NCBI GenBank assembly: GCA_034435615.1
Contig: DAOTWZ010000034.1
Location: 4,381-68,380 of the forward strand
Length of the DNA: 64,000 nucleotides
Direction of reading: 5' to 3'
Origin: Dehalococcoidia bacterium
GTDB taxonomy: Bacteria; Chloroflexota; Dehalococcoidia; SM23-28-2; HRBIN24
Part shown: positions 9,964 through 18,893 of the stretch, one piece after another
How the letters are laid out: each line of letters starts with the position of its first letter
How positions within the stretch are numbered: the first letter of the stretch is position 1
Notes under the pieces: generated by a model
What the model saw: only the letters and a program-made list of their open reading frames with translations
Database searches by the model: none
What the model was told of the DNA's origin: nothing
Position numbers and translations under genes: made by a program

Positions 9964-11067
9964 ATGGGACGTGCCTTCGGGCTGGTCTGGCCAGCGGTGG
10001 CGGCGCTGCTGCTCCTGGCAGCCTGTGGGGGCGGCGGCGCGCCTTCCACTCCCCCGGCAGGGGCGCCCGCGCAGTCGGGCGGCGCTGCGCCGGCCCCCGC
10101 CCAGCAGGGGGCGCTCTCCACGCCCGATCTGGTGGACAGGCTGCGTCCCAGCGTGGTCCATATCCTCACGGAGTCTGCCAGTATAGACGTCTTCGGCCAG
10201 GTGGTGCCCAGCCAGGGGGTGGGCACCGGCGTCATCATCGACGAAGAGGGTCATATCGTCACCAACAACCATGTGGTAGTCCGCCCCAATACCTGCGATG
10301 AGCCCGCCCAGCGTATCACCGTCACCCTGAGCGACGGCCGCCGCTTCACTGCCCGCATAGTGGGGCGTGACGTCCCCACCGACCTGGCGGTGCTGAAGAT
10401 AGACGCCTCCGACCTGCATCCCGCCTCCTGGGGGGACTCCGCCACTCTCCAGGTGGGCGAGGAGGTGGTGGCCATGGGCAATGCCCTCAACCTGCCGGGC
10501 GGCCCCACCGTGACCAAAGGCGTGGTGAGCGCCAAGGAGCGGCTCATTCAGGAGACGGAGTGCGGCGTCAGCATCCCCGGTGCCGTCCAGACGGATGCCG
10601 CCATCAATCCGGGGAACTCGGGGGGGCCGCTGGTGAACATGCGGGGCGAGGTCATCGGCATCACCACCGCCGTCATCCGCGGCGTGGCCGAGGGGGTGGG
10701 GTTCGCCATCTCCTCTGAGACGGCCCGCCCCATCGTCCAGGAGCTCATCGAGCGGGGGCGAGTGGAGCGGGGCTTTCTGGGCATCGTCATCGCCGCCGAG
10801 GTGACGCCCAGCCTGGCGGCCGAGTTCGGCCTCCCCGTGGACTACGGGGTGGCCATAGACCAGGTGATGCCGGGCTCGCCGGCGGCCCGGGCCGGCCTCC
10901 AGCCCAACGATATCATCGTCCGCGTGGGGGAGGTGGAGGTGCGCAACAGCGGCCATCTCTTCCAGGCCCTGGCCCGCTACCGGGCAGGGGACCGGGTGAC
11001 GGTGGAGTTCTACCGTGGGGAGCGGCGCCTCCAGGCCACGGTGCAACTAGGAGAACGGCCCCAGTAG
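9964..11067 (+). CDS. HtrA/DegP-family trypsin-like serine protease with PDZ domain (lipoprotein)
   Basis: Lipoprotein signal (LLLLAAC); catalytic H (TNNHVV), D and GNSGGPL serine motif; C-terminal PDZ (GSPAARAGL). An alternative GTG start lies at 9958. Confidence 0.88.
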   Translation: MGRAFGLVWPAVAALLLLAACGGGGAPSTPPAGAPAQSGGAAPAPAQQGALSTPDLVDRLRPSVVHILTESASIDVFGQVVPSQGVGTGVIIDEEGHIVTNNHVVVRPNTCDEPAQRITVTLSDGRRFTARIVGRDVPTDLAVLKIDASDLHPASWGDSATLQVGEEVVAMGNALNLPGGPTVTKGVVSAKERLIQETECGVSIPGAVQTDAAINPGNSGGPLVNMRGEVIGITTAVIRGVAEGVGFAISSETARPIVQELIERGRVERGFLGIVIAAEVTPSLAAEFGLPVDYGVAIDQVMPGSPAARAGLQPNDIIVRVGEVEVRNSGHLFQALARYRAGDRVTVEFYRGERRLQATVQLGERPQ

Positions 11068-11108
11068 CCCTGCCAGCGGTCTATACTGGTAACGATAGGG
11101 GAGCGTCC

Positions 11109-11915
11109 ATGCGAAGGCAGGATGCCCTCGGCCGCAGCATAGAGGTGGAAGCGCCGCCGGCGCGCATCGTCTCTCTGGTGCCCAGCCTGACGGAGGCCCT
11201 CTTCGCCTTCGGCGTCGGCGAGCGGGTGGTGGGCGTCACCTACTTCTGTGTGGAGCCCCGCGAGGAGGTGCGCCACAAGGCCAGGGTGGGGGGCACCAAG
11301 ACGCTGGACGTCCCGCGCGTCCTGGCCCTGCGCCCGGACCTGGTCATCGCCAGCGCCGAGGAGAACCGCCGGGAGGACGTGGAGGCGTTGCTGGCCGCCG
11401 GCCTGCGGGTCTTCGTCACCCTGCCCACCACGGTGAGGGAGGCGGTGGAGATGCTGCGGGACGTGGCGGCGTTGGTGGGGGCGGAGCGGGAGGCGGAGCC
11501 CATCATCGCACGGGCGGAGGAGGCGCTGGCGGAGACCGTCGACATCGTCTCCCGGCGAGGGAGGGTGCGGGTCTTCTGCCCCATCTGGCGGGGGCCGTGG
11601 ATGAGCGTCGGCCCCGGCACCTACATGAATGACCTCCTCAGCGTGTGCGGGGGCGACAACATCTTCGCCGACAGCGCCGCCCGCTACCCCGAGGTGACCC
11701 TGGAGGAGGTGGTGGAGCGAGACCCCCAGGTGGTCCTCCTCCCCAGCGAGCCCTACCGCTTCCGCCACCGCCACCTGCCGGAGATAGAGGCCCTGCCCGT
11801 GAGCGCCGTGCGGGACGGGCGGGTGCACCTGGTGGACGGGCGGCTCCTCTGCTGGTATGGCCCCCGCATCCCCGAGGGCCTGACTCAGGTGAGGCGGCTG
11901 CTGGTGGGAGAATGA
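11109..11915 (+). CDS. ABC-type periplasmic binding protein (BtuF/FhuD-like, class III SBP)
   Basis: 268 aa with class III SBP fold similarity. No cognate permease or ATPase is adjacent. Confidence 0.75.
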   Translation: MRRQDALGRSIEVEAPPARIVSLVPSLTEALFAFGVGERVVGVTYFCVEPREEVRHKARVGGTKTLDVPRVLALRPDLVIASAEENRREDVEALLAAGLRVFVTLPTTVREAVEMLRDVAALVGAEREAEPIIARAEEALAETVDIVSRRGRVRVFCPIWRGPWMSVGPGTYMNDLLSVCGGDNIFADSAARYPEVTLEEVVERDPQVVLLPSEPYRFRHRHLPEIEALPVSAVRDGRVHLVDGRLLCWYGPRIPEGLTQVRRLLVGE

Positions 11916-11927
11916 GGGGGGAGAGGC

Positions 11928-12869
11928 ATGAAGGGGACGCGGCTGGCCGGGCTGGTGCCGTTGGCCCTGGCGCCGGGTGCCCTGTGGGCCTACGCCAAGT
12001 GGCTGCAGCACCGCTACGAGCGACAGGAGCTCGAGTCGCTCCGTGACCCGCAACATGTGGCCCGGGTGGACGGCGTCGGCCTCTACCACGTGACGGCGGG
12101 GGAGGGCCCGGCCATCGTCCTCATCCACGGCATGGGCAGCTCCCTGCAGACCTTCCGCCGCACCATCTCCCTGCTGGCCAGGGACTACCGCGTGGTGGCC
12201 TTCGACCTGGCGGGTTTCGGCCTCTCCGACCGCGCTCTGGAGGCCGACCTCTCACCCCAGGGGCAGGCCCGCCTCACCTGGGAGCTGATGCGGCACCTGG
12301 GCATCGAGAGGGCGTCCGTCATCGGCCACTCCCTGGGAGGGGCGATAGCCCTCCACCTGGCAGCCCGACACCCGGAGGCGGTGGAGCGGCTGGTGCTGGT
12401 CTCCAGCGCCGTCCCCGGCCACGTCCTGCCCTCCTGGGTGCGCCCCTTCTGGCGTCCCCCCGTGCTGGAGGTGATAGTAGCCCTGGCCCTGCACGATCCC
12501 CTCTTCCGGGAATGGCTCTGGCGGGGGGGCGTCTGGGACTCCAGCATCCTGACGCCGGAGCTGCGGGCCATCATGCGGCAGCCCGCCCTGGTCAGGGGGA
12601 CGACCAGGGCCATCGTCCGGGCGGGGCTGGCCCTCCTGGAGGAGGAGCCCTTGGACCTCTCGCGCATCGCTCAGCCGGTGCTCCTCCTGTGGGGCGAGGA
12701 CGACCGCTGGCTGGACCTGCGCAGCGCCCGCCGTCTGCTGCAGGCGCTGCCAGACGCCCGTCTCCGGCTGGTGCCGCGGGCGCGCCACATGGTGCTGGAG
12801 GAGAGGCCGGAGGAGGCCCACACCATCATCCTGGCCTTCCTGAGGGGAGAGGAGGAGGGCAGTTGGTAG
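11928..12869 (+). CDS. alpha/beta hydrolase
   Basis: GHSLGG nucleophile elbow and an HGMGSS oxyanion region. Confidence 0.85.
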   Translation: MKGTRLAGLVPLALAPGALWAYAKWLQHRYERQELESLRDPQHVARVDGVGLYHVTAGEGPAIVLIHGMGSSLQTFRRTISLLARDYRVVAFDLAGFGLSDRALEADLSPQGQARLTWELMRHLGIERASVIGHSLGGAIALHLAARHPEAVERLVLVSSAVPGHVLPSWVRPFWRPPVLEVIVALALHDPLFREWLWRGGVWDSSILTPELRAIMRQPALVRGTTRAIVRAGLALLEEEPLDLSRIAQPVLLLWGEDDRWLDLRSARRLLQALPDARLRLVPRARHMVLEERPEEAHTIILAFLRGEEEGSW

Positions 12870-12943
12870 GAGCGCTGTAGCTGGAGTATGCTAGAGATGG
12901 ACGCTGGTCTGGACAGACCAGGTTCGGGGGTGAAGAAGGAGCC

Positions 12944-13834
12944 ATGATGAACAACCTGAAGACCGTGGCGTTGCTGGCTCTCCTGAGCGGCATACTGATG
13001 GGCATCGGCGTGCTCATCGGGGGGTTCAACGGCCTCATCGTGGGGCTGGTGCTGGCCCTGGTGATGAACGGCATCGCCTACTGGTTCTCGGACCGCATAG
13101 CCCTGATGGCGACGGGGGCGCACGAGGTGTCGCCCGCGGAGGCGCCGGAGCTGCACCGCATCGTGGAGGACGTGGCCCGCATGGCGGGGCTGCCCAAGCC
13201 GCGGGTGGCCATCATCAACTCTGACCAGCCCAACGCCTTCGCCACGGGCCGCGATCCCAAGAACGGCGTCATAGCCGTCACCACCGGCATCATGCGCATC
13301 CTGGACGAACGGGAGCTGCGGGCTGTCATCGGCCATGAGCTGGGCCATATCCGCAACCGGGACATCCTTATAAGCACCATCGCCGCCGTCATCGCCAGCG
13401 CCATCAGCTTCGTGGCCTGGATGCTGCAGTGGACCCTCTTCTGGGGCGGTTTCGGCAGCCGCGACCGCAACGGCTACACGGGCTGGCTCTACCTGCTGGC
13501 CCTGCTGGCCACCATCATCCTGGCGCCCATCGCGGCCACCATCATCCGGCTGGCCATCTCGCGGGCGCGTGAGTTCGAGGCGGACGCCACGGGGGCGGAG
13601 ATCACCCATTCGCCCCTGGCGCTGGCCAGCGCCCTGGAGAAGCTGGAGGCCTACTCTCGCGGTCGCGCCCTGAACGTGCAGCCGGCCTTCTCCAGCCTGT
13701 TCATCGTGAACCCGCTGCGGGGCCAGCGGCAGGAGCAGGACTGGTTCGTGGGGCTGTTCCAGACGCACCCGCCCATTCCCAAGCGCATCGAGCGGCTGTA
13801 CGAGATCGCCCGCAAGATGGGCGTCTACGCCTAG
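12944..13834 (+). CDS. htpX: zinc metalloprotease HtpX (M48 family)
   Basis: HELGH zinc motif, N-terminal TM helices and a GAAGGAG RBS. Confidence 0.9.
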   Translation: MMNNLKTVALLALLSGILMGIGVLIGGFNGLIVGLVLALVMNGIAYWFSDRIALMATGAHEVSPAEAPELHRIVEDVARMAGLPKPRVAIINSDQPNAFATGRDPKNGVIAVTTGIMRILDERELRAVIGHELGHIRNRDILISTIAAVIASAISFVAWMLQWTLFWGGFGSRDRNGYTGWLYLLALLATIILAPIAATIIRLAISRAREFEADATGAEITHSPLALASALEKLEAYSRGRALNVQPAFSSLFIVNPLRGQRQEQDWFVGLFQTHPPIPKRIERLYEIARKMGVYA

Positions 13835-13861
13835 AGAGTGAGGCCCGGCGACGCCTCGCGG

Positions 13862-13893
13862 GGGCCGCCCGATGCCGGGCGGCCCTTTCGTTC
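13862..13893 (+). terminator. intrinsic terminator downstream of htpX
   Basis: GGGCCGCCCG-atgc-CGGGCGGCCC forms a 10-bp stem, followed by TTTCGTTC. Confidence 0.6.
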
Positions 13894-13974
13894 ATCGGGA
13901 CTTCCCAGCGCTTTGCGCCTCGTCTCGCCCGTGGGCCCTCGGGGTGTCGGGGAGCAGGGGCGTCGGGTGCCGGG

Positions 13975-14553
13975 CTAGCTGGCCCCGGCGATGCCTAGCT
14001 CTCGGGCCACTGGCTTCAGCGCCTCGATGACGAAGGCGATGTGCTCGTCCAGGTCCACACCCAGCACCTCGGCCCCCTTGACGATGTCCTCGCGGTTGAC
14101 GGCGCGGGCGAAGCCCTTCTCCTTCATCTTCTTGCGGACGGCGGCCACGTCTACCTCGTGGATGCTCTTGTTGGGCCGCACCAGGGCCACGGCGATGATG
14201 AAGCTGGCCAGCTCGTCCACGGCGTAGATGGCCCGGTCCATGGGGGTGCGGCGCTCGGCGCCGGTGTAGTCGGCGTGGCAGAGGACGGCGTGGACTATCT
14301 CCTCAGGCCAGCCCCGCTCCCGCAGGATGCGGGCACCCTCCATGGGGTGTTTGTCCGGGGTGGGGTACATCTCGTAGTCAAAGTCGTGCAGGAGGCCGAC
14401 GATAGCCCACTTCTCCTCGTCCTCGCCGAACTTACGAGCGTAGGCCCGCATGGCCGCCTCCACGGCCAGGGCGTGTTTGCGCAGGGAATCGCTCTGGGTG
14501 AACTCGCACAGGAGCTGCCAGGCGTCGTCGCGGGTGAAGCTTCTGTCGCTCAT
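13975..14553 (-). CDS. HD domain phosphohydrolase
   Basis: H...HD...H...D motif (LLHDFDY...HADY). Confidence 0.82.
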   Translation of the reverse strand: MSDRSFTRDDAWQLLCEFTQSDSLRKHALAVEAAMRAYARKFGEDEEKWAIVGLLHDFDYEMYPTPDKHPMEGARILRERGWPEEIVHAVLCHADYTGAERRTPMDRAIYAVDELASFIIAVALVRPNKSIHEVDVAAVRKKMKEKGFARAVNREDIVKGAEVLGVDLDEHIAFVIEALKPVARELGIAGAS

Positions 14554-15017
14554 GGGCCTACCTTCTCCACCAGGGGGGCGTAGACGAAGCCGCCCCCCTC
14601 CAGGGCATACCAGAGGTCGCCCCTGCCGGCCTCCACCTCCTGTCCGCGGGCCTCGCCTATGACGCGTCGTCGCTCCCCGGGGTAGATGCCGCCCAGGAGG
14701 GGGGCGCTGGTGTTGGGGGCGGCGCGGACGTTGACGGCGTCTCTCACCGTGATCTCGAAGGGGGAGACCGGGGTGACGGGGACGTTGCCTGCCGGGGCGG
14801 GAGAGGGGGTGGGCGTGGGGGTAGGGGTGGCGGCCCCCGTCGGCGCGGGGGAGGGCGAGGGGAAGGGCGTGGCGATGGGGCTAGCGCGGCCCGGGGGCGT
14901 GGGCGTGCGGGTCTCGCTCAGGAGGGGCGGGCCGCCGTCGCCGCAGGCCATGGAGGCCAGGAGCAGCAGGCCGGCCGCCGCCCCCCGCCATGGCCAGCGG
15001 GCCCTTGCCAACCGCAT
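14550..15017 (-). CDS. lipoprotein with Pro/Thr-rich linker and bacterial SH3-like domain
   Basis: Signal plus lipobox (LASMAC), then a TPTP linker and an SH3b-like VNVRAAPNTSAPLLGGIYPGERRRV...WY segment. Confidence 0.65.
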   Translation of the reverse strand: MRLARARWPWRGAAAGLLLLASMACGDGGPPLLSETRTPTPPGRASPIATPFPSPSPAPTGAATPTPTPTPSPAPAGNVPVTPVSPFEITVRDAVNVRAAPNTSAPLLGGIYPGERRRVIGEARGQEVEAGRGDLWYALEGGGFVYAPLVEKVGP

Positions 15018-15038
15018 GCATACCTCCCCCTTTCTCGC

Positions 15039-15875
15039 TCAGCTCGGTAGGGCGGTGGCGAAGAGGAGCCCCTTGGCAAGCACCTCTCCTGCCAATACTA
15101 ACGCCATGGCGATGTAAAGGAGTCCGGTGGCCGACTGCATAGCCCGGATGCCGCTGGAGTCGTAGGCCATGTAGGTGAGGGCCAGGGGGAGGGCCAGCCC
15201 GCCGGCCACCCGCAGCCAGAAGAAGGGGCTCTGCAGGAGGGGAACGTCCAGGCCGCCCGGTATCGTCTCCCGGGGCAGGGCCAGGTTGGGCACCAGCAGC
15301 AGCCCTTGCAGCAGGAGGGCCAGCAGGACGAAGGCCGTCAGCTCCCGCAGCGGCTTCTCCGGCAGGCGCGGCGTCACCAGGTACCAGTGGCCCAGGATCA
15401 TGCCGATGGAGACGCCGCCCACGGCCAGGGCCCCCGCCACCAGGGCCAGGAGGACGCCAGCGTAGCCCCAGGTGGGCGGGGCGAAGACGCGGGCCAGGAG
15501 GGCCAGCGCCCCCAGCCCCACCAGGCAGGCTATACCGCCCACGGCGAGGCTGCTCCGGCGGTCCTCCCGCAGGGTGAGCAGGGCGTAGGGGAAGGAGAGG
15601 GCGAAGAAGGCAGCCAGGAGCACGCGGGCCGGGCCCATCTGGGCGGCGTCCAGAGGATAGCCGGCGATCTCCTGGGGCGTGGTCACCTTGGCGGCGGCGA
15701 CGAAGGTGAGGGTGGCCATCACCACCAGGAGGCCGGCGCAGAACTTGACAAAGCTCCAGGCCACCTCGCCCCGCACCTGGGTGCCCCAGAGCACCCACAG
15801 TCCGCCGATGGTGAACTCGGCCAGCACCAGCAGGACGGTGTAGGGCAGGGCATCCACGCTCATGACTGGCACCAC
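15039..15875 (-). CDS. integral membrane protein, unknown function (about 8 TM helices)
   Basis: Hydrophobic periodicity throughout; no motif recognised. Confidence 0.65.
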   Translation of the reverse strand: MVPVMSVDALPYTVLLVLAEFTIGGLWVLWGTQVRGEVAWSFVKFCAGLLVVMATLTFVAAAKVTTPQEIAGYPLDAAQMGPARVLLAAFFALSFPYALLTLREDRRSSLAVGGIACLVGLGALALLARVFAPPTWGYAGVLLALVAGALAVGGVSIGMILGHWYLVTPRLPEKPLRELTAFVLLALLLQGLLLVPNLALPRETIPGGLDVPLLQSPFFWLRVAGGLALPLALTYMAYDSSGIRAMQSATGLLYIAMALVLAGEVLAKGLLFATALPS

Positions 15876-15902
15876 CCATTATGGGAGGCCGAGGGTCAAG
15901 GG

Positions 15903-16526
15903 TCAACAATGTGTGAGAAATTTCACGAGATCTCCCAATCGACGGAAGTCGGCGAGCTGCCGCTCCCAGGGACGGTGGTTCTCCGCCCGCGGCGATGGGT
16001 GGTAAAGGGGCACTAACCAGCGGCCGTCCCAGGGCAGGAGCTGGCCCACGTGCTGACGCAGCCGGTAGGGATGGGGAGAGACCAGGCGCAGCGCCTCCAG
16101 GGCCACCTCGCCCAGGGAGACCACCAGCCGGGGCTGCACCACCTCCACCTGCGCCCTCAGCCAGCGGGCGCAGGCCCGTAGCTCCTGAGGGCGGGGCCGA
16201 CGGTTCCGCCGGCCGTCGCCAGGGTGGCAGAGGAGGGCGTTGGTCAGGAAGAGCTCTTCCCGTCGCAGCCCGGCCGCCGTCAGGAGGCGGCCGAAGCGCC
16301 GGCCCGTAGCGTCGGCGGTGAAAGGGACGCCGGTGCGAGCGGCGCCCAGCCGGCCCGGCGCCTCCCCCACCACCATGACGAGGGCGTCCGGACGGCCGTT
16401 CCCCGGCCCCAGGACGTGGACGTGAGCCACGTCCTGGCAGGCCCGGCAGCGGGCCGCCTCGCGGCAGAGGGAGCGGAAGCGCTCCCGGCGGTCGCCCTCG
16501 GCCATCGCACCGCCATTCTGCCCCAA
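15903..16526 (-). CDS. uracil-DNA glycosylase superfamily protein (family 4/5 type, Cys-rich N-terminus)
   Basis: CRACQ Fe-S-type N-terminus, GEAPG active-site motif and a HPSP motif near the C-terminus. Confidence 0.85.
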   Translation of the reverse strand: MGQNGGAMAEGDRRERFRSLCREAARCRACQDVAHVHVLGPGNGRPDALVMVVGEAPGRLGAARTGVPFTADATGRRFGRLLTAAGLRREELFLTNALLCHPGDGRRNRRPRPQELRACARWLRAQVEVVQPRLVVSLGEVALEALRLVSPHPYRLRQHVGQLLPWDGRWLVPLYHPSPRAENHRPWERQLADFRRLGDLVKFLTHC

Positions 16527-16543
16527 GGGTGCCAGCTAGTCTA

Positions 16544-16572
16544 TTGGCGCGGCGGGCGGCCGTCGTTAGAAT
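16544..16572 (+). promoter_or_regulatory. sigma70-like promoter for the radical SAM gene (TTGGCG-17-TAGAAT)
   Basis: Read directly from the sequence, in the AT-rich core of the 77-bp divergent intergenic region. Confidence 0.4.
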
Positions 16573-16603
16573 ATTTGTGCTAATCTCTCGTCGGGGGTGG
16601 GCC

Positions 16604-17842
16604 ATGGAGACGGAGGAGAAGCTACGGCTCCTGGGCGGCACCGAGGACGTGGACGAGGTGGGCGTCCCCTATGCCCGCGCCCACTCGCCCCAGATGCGTC
16701 AGGCGCCGGGGGCGGCGGGGGTCTACTGGGCGGCCGCCGGCGGCAAGCGGGTGCCCCTCCTGCGGGCCCTGCGCACCAACGTCTGCGAGCTCAACTGCCG
16801 GTACTGCGCCATAAATGCCTACCGGGATACTCGCCGCGCCTCCTTCCGGCCGGTGGAGCTGGCCCGCACCTTTATGGAGATGCACCGGCGGGGCATGGTG
16901 GCCGGCCTCTTCCTGAGCTCCGGGGTGGCGGGCGGGCCCGCCCGCACCGCCGAGAAGCTGCTGGAGACGGTGGAGCTGCTGCGCTTCCGGGAGGGCTTCC
17001 AGGGCTACATCCACCTGAAGATCATGCCCGGGCAGCCGCCGGACTACATAGAGCGGGCGGTGCAACTGGCGGACCGGGTCAGCATAAATCTGGAAGCGGC
17101 CACGCCGGAGCACCTGGCCCGTATCGCCCCGCGCAAGGACTACTGGCGCGACCTGGTGGCCTGCATGCAGGAGGTGCGGCGCCTCCAGGCCCGCTACCCG
17201 GACAAGCTGCGGGCGGGGCAGATCACCCAGATGGTGGTGGGGGCGGCCGGGGACTCGGACCGGGAGGTGCTGCGGACCAGCCAGTGGCTCTACGATGACC
17301 TCCAGATGCGGCGCGTCTACTACAGCGCCTATCACCCCGTCTGCGGCGAGGTGCTGGCGCCTCCCGTCCCCAAGCTGCGGGAGCACCGCCTCTACCAGGC
17401 CGACTGGCTCCTCCGCTTCTATGGCTTCCGCCACGAGGAGCTGCCCTTCCAGGAGGACGGCTCCCTGCCTCAGGAGGTGGACCCCAAGATGGCCTGGGCG
17501 ATGCGGCACCCGGAGCTCTTCCCCGTGGAGGTGAACCGGGCGGACGTCGCTGCCCTCCTGCGGGTGCCCGGCATCGGGCCGCGGAGCGCCCGGCGCATCG
17601 TGGCCCTGCGACGGCAGCAGCCCTTCCGGGACCTGGCCCACCTGCGGGCCGTGGGCGTCGTCGTCTCCCGCGCCCTGCCCTTCCTGCTGCTAGACGGCCG
17701 CTACCTGGCCGACCGCTCCCTGGCCCGCGCCTTCTGGGCCCAGCGGCACCGGGAGGCGCCCCGGCAGCTCGTCCTCCCCCTGGAGACGGACCCCCTGCGG
17801 GCGATGGAGCTCCTGCGGAAGGGGCGGGCGGCCGTGGCCTAG
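16604..17842 (+). CDS. radical SAM protein of the UDG-linked putative DNA modification/repair type, with C-terminal helix-hairpin-helix
   Basis: CxxxCxxC (CELNCRYC) radical SAM motif and an HhH motif (LLRVPGIGPRSARRIV). Start at ATG 16604; the track ORF starts upstream in the intergenic region. Confidence 0.85.
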   Translation: METEEKLRLLGGTEDVDEVGVPYARAHSPQMRQAPGAAGVYWAAAGGKRVPLLRALRTNVCELNCRYCAINAYRDTRRASFRPVELARTFMEMHRRGMVAGLFLSSGVAGGPARTAEKLLETVELLRFREGFQGYIHLKIMPGQPPDYIERAVQLADRVSINLEAATPEHLARIAPRKDYWRDLVACMQEVRRLQARYPDKLRAGQITQMVVGAAGDSDREVLRTSQWLYDDLQMRRVYYSAYHPVCGEVLAPPVPKLREHRLYQADWLLRFYGFRHEELPFQEDGSLPQEVDPKMAWAMRHPELFPVEVNRADVAALLRVPGIGPRSARRIVALRRQQPFRDLAHLRAVGVVVSRALPFLLLDGRYLADRSLARAFWAQRHREAPRQLVLPLETDPLRAMELLRKGRAAVA

Positions 17843-18384
17843 CCGGCGTAAGTCCAGCCGGTGACCTCGGAGGTGAGGGCGCGGCCGGGCCGCCGCACCT
17901 CTCCCCCCACCACGCGGCCTATGACCAGGGTATGGTCGCCCGCCGGGAACTCCGTCTCCACCTCGCACTCCAGCCAGGCCATGGCGGCCTCCAGGATGGG
18001 GCAGCCGGTGCGGGGGCCGGGACGGTAGGGGACATCGGCCAGCTTGTGGTAGACCTTGGCCGCCTCCTCCTCGGGGCGGCCGCTGACCTTGGCGGCGTAG
18101 TAGGGCTGGGCGAAGCGCTTGGCCAGCTCGAAGGACTCCTCCCCTAAGATGTTGACACTGAAGACGCCGGTGGCCCTGACGTTCTCCAGGGTGCGGGCGT
18201 CGTTCTCCAGGGCCAGGAGGAGGAGCCGGGGGCGGAAGGAGACCTGCATCACCCAGTCGGCCATCATGCCGTTGACATCGCCGTCCTTGCGGGAGCCGAT
18301 GATATAGAGGCCGTAGACCATCAGCTCCAGCGCTTCGGCTATGGGGTCGCGCTCCTTCTTGGCGGGGAAGTCGTGCTCCTGCAT
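17839..18384 (-). CDS. flavin reductase family protein (FMN-binding split barrel)
   Basis: Similarity to the flavin reductase-like domain (GSRKDGDVNGMMADWVMQVSF...). Confidence 0.82.
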   Translation of the reverse strand: MQEHDFPAKKERDPIAEALELMVYGLYIIGSRKDGDVNGMMADWVMQVSFRPRLLLLALENDARTLENVRATGVFSVNILGEESFELAKRFAQPYYAAKVSGRPEEEAAKVYHKLADVPYRPGPRTGCPILEAAMAWLECEVETEFPAGDHTLVIGRVVGGEVRRPGRALTSEVTGWTYAG

Positions 18385-18391
18385 GGCGGCC

Positions 18392-18889
18392 CTAGGATAG
18401 GAAGGTGAGGACGAGGGTGACGCCGCCGGCGGCCATGGTGGCCAGCAGAGCCAGATAGGCGAGGGCGCGGCCGGCTGGCAGCGGCTCCTCCGGCGCCGGG
18501 TCGTCCACCACCTCGGCGCCGTCCAGGGCCTCCCGGAACCACTCCGTCAGCTCCACGTTGGTGTAGCGGTCCAGACCATCGCAGACGCGGCCCATGCGGG
18601 CTACCGCCTGGCAGGTGATAGGGCCCCGCACCTGCTCCATCTCGTAGGCGATGATGGCCCTGAGCATCGCCTCTCGCTCCATCTCCTCTATGCCGGGGAC
18701 GCGGCCGCGGTAGAGCTGCCTCAGCTCGGCATCCCGCAGGCGAAAGATGCCGCCGCAGCAATGGCCGGCGCCGAAATCGGCGTAGAGCTCCCAGGTGGAG
18801 AAGCACTCGTAGCGCTCCAGGAGCTGCCGCTGGTACTCCTCGATGCGTCGCTCCGCCTCGCTACGGGTGATGACCCGCCGCTGGGCCAT
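18392..18889 (-). CDS. hypothetical Cys-containing protein with C-terminal TM anchor
   Basis: Clean ORF tightly packed between flanking genes; a C-terminal hydrophobic helix. Confidence 0.55.
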   Translation of the reverse strand: MAQRRVITRSEAERRIEEYQRQLLERYECFSTWELYADFGAGHCCGGIFRLRDAELRQLYRGRVPGIEEMEREAMLRAIIAYEMEQVRGPITCQAVARMGRVCDGLDRYTNVELTEWFREALDGAEVVDDPAPEEPLPAGRALAYLALLATMAAGGVTLVLTFLS

Positions 18890-18893
18890 CTCC

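Noticed and set aside
11068-11108. Cobalamin riboswitch upstream of the BtuF-like binding protein
   Set aside because: Only about 40 nt are available and no B12-box-like sequence is present.
16527-16603. LexA (SOS) box in the divergent UDG/rSAM promoter region
   Set aside because: No GAAC-N4-GTTC or TCGAAC-N4-GTTCGA type palindrome is present. Only weak 4-bp arms (TTAG...CTAA, CCAA...TTGG) are visible, which is insufficient.
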